DNA of 64,000 nucleotides from Candidatus Eiseniibacteriota bacterium. GTDB taxonomy: Bacteria; Eisenbacteria; RBG-16-71-46; CAVPCR01. The notes below the pieces were generated by a model. That model saw nothing but the letters and a program-made list of their open reading frames with translations. It was not told the origin of the DNA and searched no databases. Position numbers and translations under genes: made by a program. Below are positions 16,634 through 26,563 of the stretch, one piece after another (position 1 is the first letter of the stretch; each line of letters starts with the position of its first letter). The stretch is taken from NCBI GenBank assembly GCA_963823555.1, contig CAWGMA010000001.1, positions 160,001 through 224,000 of the forward strand, read 5' to 3'.

Positions 16634-19600
16634 ATGATTCGATCCCATTCGTCGCCTCGCCGGCTGTCCGCCTTCCTGGCGGCCGCGTCATTGCTCGTTC
16701 TTCTCCTGGTCCTGGGCCGGCCTGCCGAGCACTCGGCCCCGCCCCGGCACCCGGATCGAGAGGATGGACTCTCCGCCGAGACCGGCTTCTGTGCCGTGCC
16801 GCCGGTACCCATGAAGGCCGGCTTCCGGGCCGCGAGTCGATATGCTCCGGCGCGCTCCGAGCGTCCGCTGCGCCTGGCGGGGGAGCCGGCGGCCCGGAGC
16901 GCGGTGCCCGACACGCTCGAGGTCCTGGCCATCCGCACCGATTTCGAAGACCAGCCCATGGATTCGACCCTGGTCTATTTCGAGCGCGCCTTCCTGTTCA
17001 TGGAGCAGTACTGGGAACAGGTGAGCGTCGGCCAGCTGGTCGTCCACACGACCGTGAGCGATTCGGTCTACCGCTTGCCGGAGACCATGGCTTACTACGG
17101 CTACGATCCCCTGTTCGAGGAACGGCAGACACTCTTCATCCGTGATGCCATTCTCGCCGCGGACGATGACATCGACATGTCTGCCTTCGATGCGCACATC
17201 TGCGTCCATGCCGGTGCCGGGCAGGAGTCGGACGTGCTGGGCAACAGCCCCGAGCAGCTGTGGTCCGTGTTCGCGCCCTTCGAAGTGCTGTCGGCCTATC
17301 TGCCCGACTCGACAGGCGTCAACGGCATCCTCACCAATGATCGGACGCCGGAGGGGGATCCGTACTACGTCAAGTTCGCGCTGGTGCTGCCCGAGGTCGA
17401 GTCCCAGGACGAAACCCCATCGGGGCAGCCCTTCGTGTTCGGCATGACCGGGGTCTATGCCCACGAGTTCGGACACGTGGTGGGCCTGCCCGATCTCTAT
17501 GACACGACCCCGGCCGATTTTCCGGATTCGCAAGGTCTTGGGGCCTTCGACATCATGGCGGCCGGCACCTGGAACGCCAACGGTTTCGTGCCGGCACGGC
17601 CATCCGCGTGGTGTCTCTACGATCTCGGTTACCTCGATGCCGAAGTGGTGACGCGCTCGCAGCGGGTCGAGCTGGGGGCGGTGGCGGGCGACGCCGGCGC
17701 GCCGGCCGGTTTGCCTAGACTGGCGGCCATTCCCCTCGGCGGCGACGAGTATTTCCTGGTCGAGAACCGAGTGCAGGATCCGAACGAGAACGGGCTCTTC
17801 GACTGGAACGACGTCAACGGGGACTCGCTGTTCGATTACTACATCGATGACTACGAGGGTGCGGAGTTCGATTTCTTCCTGCCCGGGGACGGCGCGGGCT
17901 CGGGACTCCTCATCTTCCATGTCGATCCCTCGGTGATCGCGGCCAACTTCGTCGCCAACACGGTAGTGGGAGACCCCAAGCACAAGGGCGTCGATCTGGA
18001 AGAGGCCGACGGCATCGAGGACCTGGACGGCTACCCGCGCTCGATCGAGAGCTTCGGCAGCCCCAATGATGCCTTCCGCGCGGGCAACCGCGTTCGCTTC
18101 GCGCCCGATACCGTGCCTTCCACGGTATCGAGCTTCGGCGTACCGACCTTCGTCACCATCGACTCCGTGAGCGCTGCCGGTCCCGTGATGTCCTTCACGG
18201 TGGCCTTCGATCGGCGCAAGGGTGGAAGCTGGCCGGCCGTGATCACGGGGCCGTTGGGCGGGAACCATCCGGTGGCCGTCGATCTCGACCCCGAGATCGA
18301 AGGCCTCGAAACCGTGGTCGTCGACACCACCGGGGGTGTCTGGATCATCGCTGCGGACGGCACGATGCCTCACGGGGCTCCGTTTGCCCGGATCGGTCCC
18401 GACGCCGATACCACGCCCGCCATCGGTGACGTGGACGGCGACGGGGCGGCTGATCTCGTCGTGGTCGCCGCGGACGGCACCATCTACGCCTGGCATGGGG
18501 ACGGGACCGAAGTGGTGGACGGGGACATGGATCCGGCGACCACCGGGGTCTTTGCCCGCGTCGGCCGCTCGCTCAAGGACGCGGTCCCCGTGCTGGCCCG
18601 GCTCGGAGGGCCGGTCGATGCGGTGATCGCCGGTACGCCGGCCGATGCGGACGGGATGGGAGAAGTGGTGTGGGCCGAGCTTGTGGGCGACGACCCGGCG
18701 CATCCGGTGCGCCTGGGGCGGGCCGAGGTGCCTGGAGACGCCACCGCGCCGGCTCTCGTCTTCGCGACCACCGAACCCACGATTCTCGTGCCGGCGGTCG
18801 CCGCCGGCCGGACCCGGTTCTTCGCCGTCCGGCCCGATCCGCTCGGCGGCCCGGCGTCATCGACCGAGCTTCCGCGCGAGCGCGCCGAGCTCCAGTACGC
18901 GGTGCGCTCCGTGGTCGCCGGCGATCTGGACGGCAATGGCCGGCTCGATGTCGCGGCCTCCGATGACCACGGGCAAATCGAGCTCTACTCGACGGACGTC
19001 CCGCTCGCCGGGGGCGGCGAGCTCACCACGCTGTCCGCGCTTCCAGGCTGGCCGCTCCAGCTCGGCCTCGGGGTGGCGCACGATCTCGCGCTTGCCGATA
19101 TGGATCATGATGGCCGTGTCGAGGTGCTGGTCTCCGCCTTCGACGGTCGTCTCTATGCCGTCAATTTCAACGGTACGCCGCAGCTTTCGTTCCCGCACCC
19201 GACCGGAAGCCCGGATCGATCGATCCCCCGTCTGGTGCCCTCGCCGCTGGCGGTGGATCTCGAAGGGGACGAGCGCCCCGAGATCCTCTTCATGGCGGGC
19301 GACGGCCGCGCCTTCGCCGTCGGTGCCGACGGGCGCGTGCTCGATGGCTGGCCGCTGCCGGGACCGGCGGGCAAGGGGGCGCTCGCCATCCTCGCCGATC
19401 TCGAGGGTGACGGGCGCCTCGACTGGGTGGTGCCGAGCGAGATCGGGGCGTCGACCAGCCTCGTGGCCTATGATCTGGGTCCGGGCACCCTGGCCGGAGC
19501 CTGGACCGGATACCGGGGTGGCCCCACGAACAGCGGGATCCTGACTGTCCCGGCCCCGCCCTCGATGCCGCAGGAGTTCTTGCGTGAGTTCTATGTCTAT

Positions 19601-19858
19601 CCCAACCCTGTCGCCGGAGGTCGGGCCACGATCCACTTCTCGCTCGGAGATCCGGCCACCGTGGACGTGGAGATCCTGGATGCGACCGGCCGCGTCGTCG
19701 CGCGGCCGGCGGCCGGCGAGGCCTTGCCCGGCCGTACCGATCATGAGGTAAGATGGGACGTCCGCGATGCGGCCAGCGGCGTCTACCTCGCGCGCCTGAG
19801 CGTGAAGGGCGATGGCGCCGAGGTGGTGCAATTGAAGCCGTTTGCCGTCACCCGCTAG
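16634..19858 (+). CDS. M6 (immune inhibitor A-like) metalloprotease with FG-GAP/VCBS repeats and a T9SS/FlgD-like C-terminal domain
   Basis: HAGAG, HEFGHVVGLPDLY, EYFLVENR, GLLIFHVD; DxDGDG repeats; YPNP...SGVYLARL. Confidence 0.85.
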   Translation: MIRSHSSPRRLSAFLAAASLLVLLLVLGRPAEHSAPPRHPDREDGLSAETGFCAVPPVPMKAGFRAASRYAPARSERPLRLAGEPAARSAVPDTLEVLAIRTDFEDQPMDSTLVYFERAFLFMEQYWEQVSVGQLVVHTTVSDSVYRLPETMAYYGYDPLFEERQTLFIRDAILAADDDIDMSAFDAHICVHAGAGQESDVLGNSPEQLWSVFAPFEVLSAYLPDSTGVNGILTNDRTPEGDPYYVKFALVLPEVESQDETPSGQPFVFGMTGVYAHEFGHVVGLPDLYDTTPADFPDSQGLGAFDIMAAGTWNANGFVPARPSAWCLYDLGYLDAEVVTRSQRVELGAVAGDAGAPAGLPRLAAIPLGGDEYFLVENRVQDPNENGLFDWNDVNGDSLFDYYIDDYEGAEFDFFLPGDGAGSGLLIFHVDPSVIAANFVANTVVGDPKHKGVDLEEADGIEDLDGYPRSIESFGSPNDAFRAGNRVRFAPDTVPSTVSSFGVPTFVTIDSVSAAGPVMSFTVAFDRRKGGSWPAVITGPLGGNHPVAVDLDPEIEGLETVVVDTTGGVWIIAADGTMPHGAPFARIGPDADTTPAIGDVDGDGAADLVVVAADGTIYAWHGDGTEVVDGDMDPATTGVFARVGRSLKDAVPVLARLGGPVDAVIAGTPADADGMGEVVWAELVGDDPAHPVRLGRAEVPGDATAPALVFATTEPTILVPAVAAGRTRFFAVRPDPLGGPASSTELPRERAELQYAVRSVVAGDLDGNGRLDVAASDDHGQIELYSTDVPLAGGGELTTLSALPGWPLQLGLGVAHDLALADMDHDGRVEVLVSAFDGRLYAVNFNGTPQLSFPHPTGSPDRSIPRLVPSPLAVDLEGDERPEILFMAGDGRAFAVGADGRVLDGWPLPGPAGKGALAILADLEGDGRLDWVVPSEIGASTSLVAYDLGPGTLAGAWTGYRGGPTNSGILTVPAPPSMPQEFLREFYVYPNPVAGGRATIHFSLGDPATVDVEILDATGRVVARPAAGEALPGRTDHEVRWDVRDAASGVYLARLSVKGDGAEVVQLKPFAVTR

Positions 19859-19869
19859 GAGACCTGAGG

Positions 19870-20811
19870 ATGCTGACCACCTGCCACGCTCTCTGCCGCT
19901 CATCGGCCACGATCATCCTCGCCGCCGCACTCGTCGCGGCCGGCCTGGTCCCGGCGGCAACGGCTGCCGAGCGGCCGGGGATCGTCTCGCTCGAGCTCCC
20001 GATCGGCCCGCGCGCCGCCGGAATGGGCAGCGCCTACGTCTCGGTGGTGGACGATCCGACGGCCATGCACTGGAATCCGGCGGGGCTCTCGCGCCTCGAC
20101 GTGGCCGAGAAGCACTTCGCCATCCTCTTCCAGCACAACGAGTGGATCTCCGACTTCCGCCAGGAGTACGTGGGGGGCGGCACGCGTTTCGGCAAGCATG
20201 CGGTCGGCGGGAGCTTCTCCGGCTTCTACATCAACGACATCGATGGCCGCGACGAGTTCGGGCAGCCGACCGTCACCTTCGGCGCCTACGATGTGGTGGT
20301 CACCGGGTCCTATGCCTACGCGCTGACCGATCGCGCTTCGCTCGGGGGTTCGCTCAAGTACATCGTCGCCAACATCGACAACCTCTCCCGCTTCGCCTTT
20401 GCCGGCGATATCGGAGCCCAGTACGAGATCTACCCCGACCTGCACGTGGGCGGCGCCGTGACCAATCTGGGAAGCGGGCTCACGTTCGTCAGCGAACAGG
20501 ACGATCTGCCGACCGCGGTCCAGGTCGGCGGCTCCTATGTCTTGCCCTGGCGACTCGGCAACGGGTCGATCCTCACCGCACTCGATGTACGCAAGGCGCG
20601 CGGTGACGACACGCATGTCCTCTTCGGCGGTGAGTACGACTATGCCGGCGTGGCTCAGGCGCAGATCGGGTACGGCACGGGTTATGATAACGCGGGTGTG
20701 AGCTTCGGTCTCGGCGCCAACGTCTCCGGCTGGCGGGTCGGCTACGCCATCGTGCCCTTCGATTCGGACCTCGGCTCCACGCATCGCATCGCCCTCGGCT
20801 TCCACCTCTAG
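19870..20811 (+). CDS. PorV/PorQ-like outer-membrane beta-barrel protein
   Basis: Signal peptide; GPRAAGMGSAYV..DDPTAMHWNPAGL; C-terminal DLGSTHRIALGF. Confidence 0.8.
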   Translation: MLTTCHALCRSSATIILAAALVAAGLVPAATAAERPGIVSLELPIGPRAAGMGSAYVSVVDDPTAMHWNPAGLSRLDVAEKHFAILFQHNEWISDFRQEYVGGGTRFGKHAVGGSFSGFYINDIDGRDEFGQPTVTFGAYDVVVTGSYAYALTDRASLGGSLKYIVANIDNLSRFAFAGDIGAQYEIYPDLHVGGAVTNLGSGLTFVSEQDDLPTAVQVGGSYVLPWRLGNGSILTALDVRKARGDDTHVLFGGEYDYAGVAQAQIGYGTGYDNAGVSFGLGANVSGWRVGYAIVPFDSDLGSTHRIALGFHL

Positions 20812-20821
20812 GAGCCCGAAG

Positions 20822-23800
20822 ATGGGCGGAGCCCCTGCGCGCCGCTCGCGGCCAGGCCGCGCCGGATGCGCGATAGGGCTTGTCGCTCTCCTCCTCGGCA
20901 GCGCCCTGGTCCCATCCGCGGCCCACGCCGGTCCAGGCGAGCTCCTGATCCGGCTCCGGCCGCCGGCTCGCCCCGAGGGTGCAGCCAAGGAGGGAGGCCG
21001 CCTCGTTCCCCTCCTCGAATCTTCACGTCTCATCGCCGAAATCAGCGCCGAGCTTCCGGATGCCGTCGCGGCCACGCTCGTCGGCGCGGAGCCTCTGCTC
21101 GCCGCCCGCCGGGTGCCAGAAGGGTTTTCGGCAGCGGCCGAGAACGCTCGTGAACCGCTGGCTCGCACCTTCGTCCTGCGCCTTGAGGCAGGGACGGATC
21201 CAGAACCAGTGGCCGCCGCGATCGCCGGTCTGGCGGCCATCGAGATCGCGATCCCCAACCGTGCGATCCCGGTGGATGATGCGCGCCAGGCAGCCGCGGA
21301 TTCCGACCCTCGCCGTAACGAGCAGTGGTACCTGGATCGCGTCGGGGTGGCGGAGGCATGGGCCGTGACCCGCGGCGATGCTTCGGTCCTGGTCGCGGTC
21401 ATCGATACCGGCATCGATCCGCATGGCGACCTTGCCGCCAACCTGTGGCGGAACGATGACGCGCCAGGCAATGCCAGTCCCCTCGACGATGGATTCGACC
21501 AGGATGGAAGCGGGATCGTCGAGGACTGGGAGAAGGATGACGACGACGACAACGGTTATGTCGATGACGAACGCGGCTATGATTTCGTCGATGCCCCGCG
21601 AATCGGCGGGCCCGGGGATGCGGTCGACCGGGATACCGATCCCAGCGACGATTCGGGCCATGGGACGGCCGTGGCCGGAGTCATCGGAGCGGTGGCGGAC
21701 AACGGCATCGGCATCGCCGGCCTCGCCCCCGGATGCACGCTGATGCCGGTGCGGGCCGGCTTCAACCCCGGCCTCGGCGCCTTTGCCGGGGTCCTCGAGG
21801 AGGACGACGCAGCGGCCGCCATCGTCTATGCCGCAGAGAACGGTGCCCGCGTCATCAACATGAGCTTCGGCGACACGCTCAGCTCGCCGATCCTCGCCGA
21901 CGCCATTGCCTACGCGCAGTCGCTGGGCGCCGTGCTCGTGGCCTCGGCCGGGAACTCCGGCACCATGGGTATGCACTATCCCTCCGGGCTCGCGGGAGTG
22001 CTCGCGGTCGGGGCCAGCGATTTCACCGAGCGGCGCGCGGCCTTCTCGAGCCATGGCGCCACCCTCGATCTCCTGGCGCCGGGAGAGGGAATCCTCACCA
22101 CCGCGCGAATCGGTGGCGGCGATGACTATGTGCGACTTTCCGGCACGTCATTTGCGGCGCCGCTCGCGGCCGCCGCCGCAGCCCTCTTGCTCTCTCATGC
22201 TCCCGAACTCACCGCCGAGGATGTCGTCGCCAGTCTCACCGGCAGCACGGCCGATCTGGGAGCCCCGGGCTTCGATCTCGACACCGGGCACGGGCGGCTC
22301 GATGCGGGGCGGGCGCTCACGCTATCGCGCTCGGCCTCGGTCGCCATTCACTCCCCGGCTGCCGGCAGCGGGATCGACCGCACCGTTCCGCTCGTCGTCA
22401 CCGCGGAGGGTCTCAGGCTCCGCGAGTTCGTGGTCGAGGTGGGGGAGGGGCGCGAGCCCGCGAGCTTCGAGGAGGTGGTCCGGGCGAGCGGCCGCCAGGT
22501 TGTGGCTGACACGGTCGCGATCTGGGATGCCACGGGGCTTCCGGCCGGCGAGTACCAGCTCAGGCTCCGTGCCCTCGATGCGGTCGAAGGCTGGCGTGAG
22601 ACGCGCGCGCTCGTGACCGTGGATCACACGGCGCCGTCCATCCTGCATGCGGGTGCGGTGCCGCTGTGGGTCGAGGATCGAGTCCAGCCTTTCATCTTCT
22701 TCACCACGGATGATCTGGCCCGCGGGGTCGTGGATCTCGTACGAGCGGGCGGGGCGGAGCGGCGGATCGACGAGGCCTTCTTCACGCAGGACCATGTCCT
22801 GCGCGTTCCCGAGGATGTGAGCCCGGGGGCGCTGACGGCCACCGTCGGGGCGGCGAACGCCGCCGGCCTCAGGAGCACCGGACCCGAGCTCGCGTTCTAT
22901 CTGGGAGCCGAGCGTGCGCGGACCCACGCTCTCACCGACACCGGGGCCCGACTCCCGCCGGGCGAGACGGCCCCGGCGATCGCCGATCTCGACGCCGATG
23001 GCGCCGGCGATCTCGTCATGATGCTGCCACCCGCCGACCCGGGCTCGATCTTCGGGCCGCTCGCGATCTTCGAGCAGGAAGAGGGTGCTGCCTGGGTCGA
23101 GCGCCTGGTGCTGCCCTACGATCTCCTGCCGCGCGCAGTCGGCGACGCGGATGGTGACGGCCGCATGGAGATCCTGGCCAGTGCGGCGGGCACCTCCTGG
23201 CTCCTCGAGAGCTCGCACCCCGGCGGCTATCCCGATCGGGTGGTGTGGGCGGATACGACCGCGAGCGCCGGGTTCGCCATCGGGTTCGCCGCGCTCGGCG
23301 ATCCGGCGGGGCCGGCGCTCCTCGCCATTCGCGGCGATTCCCTGCTCGTCCACCGACCGACGGGGGACTCCGGTTCCTGGCGGCGTACCGCAGTCGGCAA
23401 TTTCAGCGGTCAGCCATGGAGTCTTGCGCCGACGTTCTTCGCCGGAGACGTGGACGGGGATGGGGTGGTCGAGCTCGTCATCGGCGACGCCGGCGGCAAT
23501 GTGCTCGCCTATCGAGCAGGGGCCGACACGCCGAGCGGTCTCATTCCGGCCTACTCATTCGCCTTGCCCGCGCGGGCCAACCCGCGTCTGGCGGGGGGCG
23601 ATGTGACCGGTGACGGGCGCCCGGAGATCGCGGTCGATCAGGGGCTCGATCTCGAGATCTCCTCGGAGGCGCTGCTCGAGCGGCGGCGGCACCTGCTCCT
23701 GGTGCTGGCTGCCGAGCCGATCTCCGGCTTCACCGTCGTCGAATCGATCGGGATCGCCGGCGCCGAAGCCGGCGGCAATGCGCTGCGCATGGCCTCGATC

Positions 23801-25150
23801 GATGAGGACCCCGAGGCGGAGATCCTCCTCGTCGCCGCTCCCGACCTGTACGTCTTCGACGCGGGAGAGGAGTGGTATCCCGTCTACTACCAGGGCGGTG
23901 TACGCAGCACGAGCCTCGCGCTGGGGGACGGAAACAACGATGGCCGCGTCGAGGTCGTGGTGCGGTCGGGAGAAGAGACCATCGTTCTCTCGGCCCGGGA
24001 TGCGTCGGTCCCGGGGCCCGTGCCGCCCTCCGGCCTGCGCGCCCGAATCGCCGCCGACGGCGCCGTCGAGCTGGCCTGGAATGCCAGCGCCGAGCGCTTC
24101 CGTGTCTACCGTCGTGCCGGGCCCACAGTCGATTGCGCTGAAACGCCGTTTATTGCGGAGGTGCCAGGACCCGCTTTCCGCGACACCGCGGTCACTGCCG
24201 TGCCCGAGGTGACCTACCGCGTGAGCGCTCTCGCCGCCGACGCCGAGGGCCCATGTTCTCCCCCGCTCACCGTGGTGCGGAGCGCGGCACCGCGTCTGCT
24301 CGAGGTCGTTCCCGAGCAGGCGCGCCTCCTCAGGCTGGTCTTCTCCGAGCCGATGGATGGGACGGCCGACCGGCTCGAGAGCTATTCCCTTGCCGATGGC
24401 GGTGGCGAGTCGGTCCCGCTGTCGTCGGTGCTCGCGGCGATGGGGGGCCGGGCGCGTCTCCTCGTCACCGCGCGCGACCTGGAGCCGGAGGAAGCCTACG
24501 CGGTCCGCCTGGGGGCGTTGCGTTCGGCATCCGGCGTGCCGCTGGCCGGGAACACGGAGATCGAGTTCACGGTGCCCCGCGAGGTCCGGCGTCTGACTCC
24601 GCTGCATGTGATCTCGGCCACCGGCGTGGCCGGGACCGGGGTCATCCGTCTGGCGCTCTCGGCGCCGCCAGATCCGCTCCTGGGCACCGATCCGGCAAGC
24701 TACCGCGTGGGCGGCGATCTCCGCGTGACCGCCGCCGCCGTCGACGGCAGCGCGGTGCGCCTGGAGCTGGATCCGGCCACGGTGCTCCACCCGGGGATCT
24801 TCGCCGTCGGCCTCGACCCGGCGCTCAGGGGGGTGGGTGGTGAGGTCGTGGTGCCCGGCCAGGGAGACCAGGTCGAGCTCGTGATCGGCGGCGAGATCGT
24901 GGCCTATCCGAACCCCTATTCGAGCGCACGCGCGGCCGCTGGTGGGGTGACCTTCGTCGGCCTCGGTGCCGGCGATCGGGTCATCCTGCTCGATGTCCTG
25001 GGTCGGGAAATATTGCGAGTGGACGCAGCCAACGACGGAACGGCGTTTCTCTCCGTGCGCGGGAACTCGGCCCTGGCCAGCGGCGTCTACGTCTATCGCG
25101 TGGAGGGATCCGGCGGCACACGCACCGGGAAGCTGGCCATCGCCCACTGA
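20822..25150 (+). CDS. S8 subtilase with FG-GAP repeats, Fn3/Ig-like domains and a T9SS-like C-terminal domain
   Basis: Catalytic VIDTG / GHGTAVAG / SGTSFAAP; YPNP...LASGVYVY. Confidence 0.85.
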   Translation: MGGAPARRSRPGRAGCAIGLVALLLGSALVPSAAHAGPGELLIRLRPPARPEGAAKEGGRLVPLLESSRLIAEISAELPDAVAATLVGAEPLLAARRVPEGFSAAAENAREPLARTFVLRLEAGTDPEPVAAAIAGLAAIEIAIPNRAIPVDDARQAAADSDPRRNEQWYLDRVGVAEAWAVTRGDASVLVAVIDTGIDPHGDLAANLWRNDDAPGNASPLDDGFDQDGSGIVEDWEKDDDDDNGYVDDERGYDFVDAPRIGGPGDAVDRDTDPSDDSGHGTAVAGVIGAVADNGIGIAGLAPGCTLMPVRAGFNPGLGAFAGVLEEDDAAAAIVYAAENGARVINMSFGDTLSSPILADAIAYAQSLGAVLVASAGNSGTMGMHYPSGLAGVLAVGASDFTERRAAFSSHGATLDLLAPGEGILTTARIGGGDDYVRLSGTSFAAPLAAAAAALLLSHAPELTAEDVVASLTGSTADLGAPGFDLDTGHGRLDAGRALTLSRSASVAIHSPAAGSGIDRTVPLVVTAEGLRLREFVVEVGEGREPASFEEVVRASGRQVVADTVAIWDATGLPAGEYQLRLRALDAVEGWRETRALVTVDHTAPSILHAGAVPLWVEDRVQPFIFFTTDDLARGVVDLVRAGGAERRIDEAFFTQDHVLRVPEDVSPGALTATVGAANAAGLRSTGPELAFYLGAERARTHALTDTGARLPPGETAPAIADLDADGAGDLVMMLPPADPGSIFGPLAIFEQEEGAAWVERLVLPYDLLPRAVGDADGDGRMEILASAAGTSWLLESSHPGGYPDRVVWADTTASAGFAIGFAALGDPAGPALLAIRGDSLLVHRPTGDSGSWRRTAVGNFSGQPWSLAPTFFAGDVDGDGVVELVIGDAGGNVLAYRAGADTPSGLIPAYSFALPARANPRLAGGDVTGDGRPEIAVDQGLDLEISSEALLERRRHLLLVLAAEPISGFTVVESIGIAGAEAGGNALRMASIDEDPEAEILLVAAPDLYVFDAGEEWYPVYYQGGVRSTSLALGDGNNDGRVEVVVRSGEETIVLSARDASVPGPVPPSGLRARIAADGAVELAWNASAERFRVYRRAGPTVDCAETPFIAEVPGPAFRDTAVTAVPEVTYRVSALAADAEGPCSPPLTVVRSAAPRLLEVVPEQARLLRLVFSEPMDGTADRLESYSLADGGGESVPLSSVLAAMGGRARLLVTARDLEPEEAYAVRLGALRSASGVPLAGNTEIEFTVPREVRRLTPLHVISATGVAGTGVIRLALSAPPDPLLGTDPASYRVGGDLRVTAAAVDGSAVRLELDPATVLHPGIFAVGLDPALRGVGGEVVVPGQGDQVELVIGGEIVAYPNPYSSARAAAGGVTFVGLGAGDRVILLDVLGREILRVDAANDGTAFLSVRGNSALASGVYVYRVEGSGGTRTGKLAIAH

Positions 25151-25198
25151 GCGGAACGCGGGCTTGTCCCGTGGTTCGCTCCCGGCCTAGAATGTCGC

Positions 25199-26317
25199 GT
25201 GGGATTCTCCGATATCCTCGAGCAGGATGGCGCCAAGCGCCAGCTCCAAGCCGCCCTCCGATCCGGCCAGGTTCCCGGGGCGCTCCTCTTCCACGGTCCG
25301 TGGGGCGTGGGCAAGACGCGAACGGCCCTGGTCTTCGCGCGTGCCCTCAACTGCGAAACCGAGACCGGGGACGCCTGCGAGGCCTGCCCCTCCTGTCGGA
25401 AGGCGGCCAAGTTCAGTCACCGCGACTTCCGCTTCGTCTTCCCCTGGCCCGCTTCCGGCAAGCCGGAGGAGATCGAGAGCGAGGAGACCGAGGCCCTCCG
25501 CGGGTGGTCGAGCGATCCCTTCTATCTGCCGCCCGCCGATCGCTTCGCCTCGATCACGATCGACAAGGTGCGTGAGCTCAAGCGACTCGCCGGGTTCAGC
25601 CTGGCGGAGGGCCGCCACAAGATCTTCGTCGTGCGAGAGGCCGATCGCATGCTCGCCGTGCAGCAGAATGCGCTCCTCAAGCTGCTCGAGGAACCGCCAC
25701 CGGATACCCACCTCGTCCTCACCACCTCGCGCCCGCAAGCTCTTCTTTCGACCATTGTCTCCCGCTGTCAGGGCGTGGCCTTCGCGCCGCTTGCGACCGC
25801 GACGATCGCCGCGGTCCTCGGTCGGGAACGAGGGTTGGGTCCGGCGCGAGCCCTGGTGGCGGCGGGGATGGCCGCAGGGAGCCTGGGCCGCGCCCTGCTC
25901 CTGGCAGGGGAGGAGGTCGAGCAGGTGAGGGAGGCCGCGCTCGAGCTCCTGGCAGTTGCTCTCAAGGGCGGACCCCGAGTGGGCGCGCTCGCCCAGGAAC
26001 TGGCCCAGGGGAAGGACCGCGGGCGGCTCCGGCTACTCGCCACCGTGCTCGCCCTCTGGCATGGGGACCTCTTGCGGGTGCGTGCAGGCTTGCCTCCGGA
26101 TCGGCTGACCAACTCCGACCTCGCGCGGCGGCTGGCCCTCGAGGCGGCCGATCTCGATCTCCCGCTCATCCGGCAGCGCGTTCAGCTCTGTGAGGCAATG
26201 ATCGAAGCGGTTGACCAGAGCGCCAACCTGGCGGTAGCGGTCCACTGGTTCCTGGTCGGCCTCGCCGACCCGGCCTCGGCCCGGATCTCGCTGCTCGAGA
26301 TGGGCGTGGGGGGGTGA
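25199..26317 (+). CDS. holB: DNA polymerase III subunit delta'
   Basis: LLFHGPWGVGK, C..CEAC.SC Zn motif, QNALLKLLEEPP and TIVSRC. Confidence 0.85.
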   Translation: MGFSDILEQDGAKRQLQAALRSGQVPGALLFHGPWGVGKTRTALVFARALNCETETGDACEACPSCRKAAKFSHRDFRFVFPWPASGKPEEIESEETEALRGWSSDPFYLPPADRFASITIDKVRELKRLAGFSLAEGRHKIFVVREADRMLAVQQNALLKLLEEPPPDTHLVLTTSRPQALLSTIVSRCQGVAFAPLATATIAAVLGRERGLGPARALVAAGMAAGSLGRALLLAGEEVEQVREAALELLAVALKGGPRVGALAQELAQGKDRGRLRLLATVLALWHGDLLRVRAGLPPDRLTNSDLARRLALEAADLDLPLIRQRVQLCEAMIEAVDQSANLAVAVHWFLVGLADPASARISLLEMGVGG

Positions 26318-26389
26318 GGCGGTCCCGGGGCTCGGTGGCCCTCCGGGATCCCACTGGCCCCCAAGTCTTTGGAACCCGGCCGGTTAGGG

Positions 26390-26418
26390 TTGACGGCGGG
26401 GCGCCCCTATGGTAAATT
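26390..26418 (+). promoter_or_regulatory. Sigma70 promoter with extended -10
   Basis: TTGACG-17nt-TAAATT preceded by TG. Confidence 0.6.
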
Positions 26419-26563
26419 ATCGACCGAGCGGAGGAGCTTTCCCCGAGCGTGGGGCCCCGGCCACTCCGCACCTGCGGCTCAGTCGATGTCGATCCTGGCC
26501 TTGCCTTCGTCGATCCCGGCCGTAGCATCCAGTCCGAAGTCACCAGCATCTAAGGAGACAGCA

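Noticed and set aside
16688..25147. Long antisense ORFs (e.g. 671, 550 and 530 aa)
   Set aside because: Typical high-GC shadow frames opposite well-supported genes.
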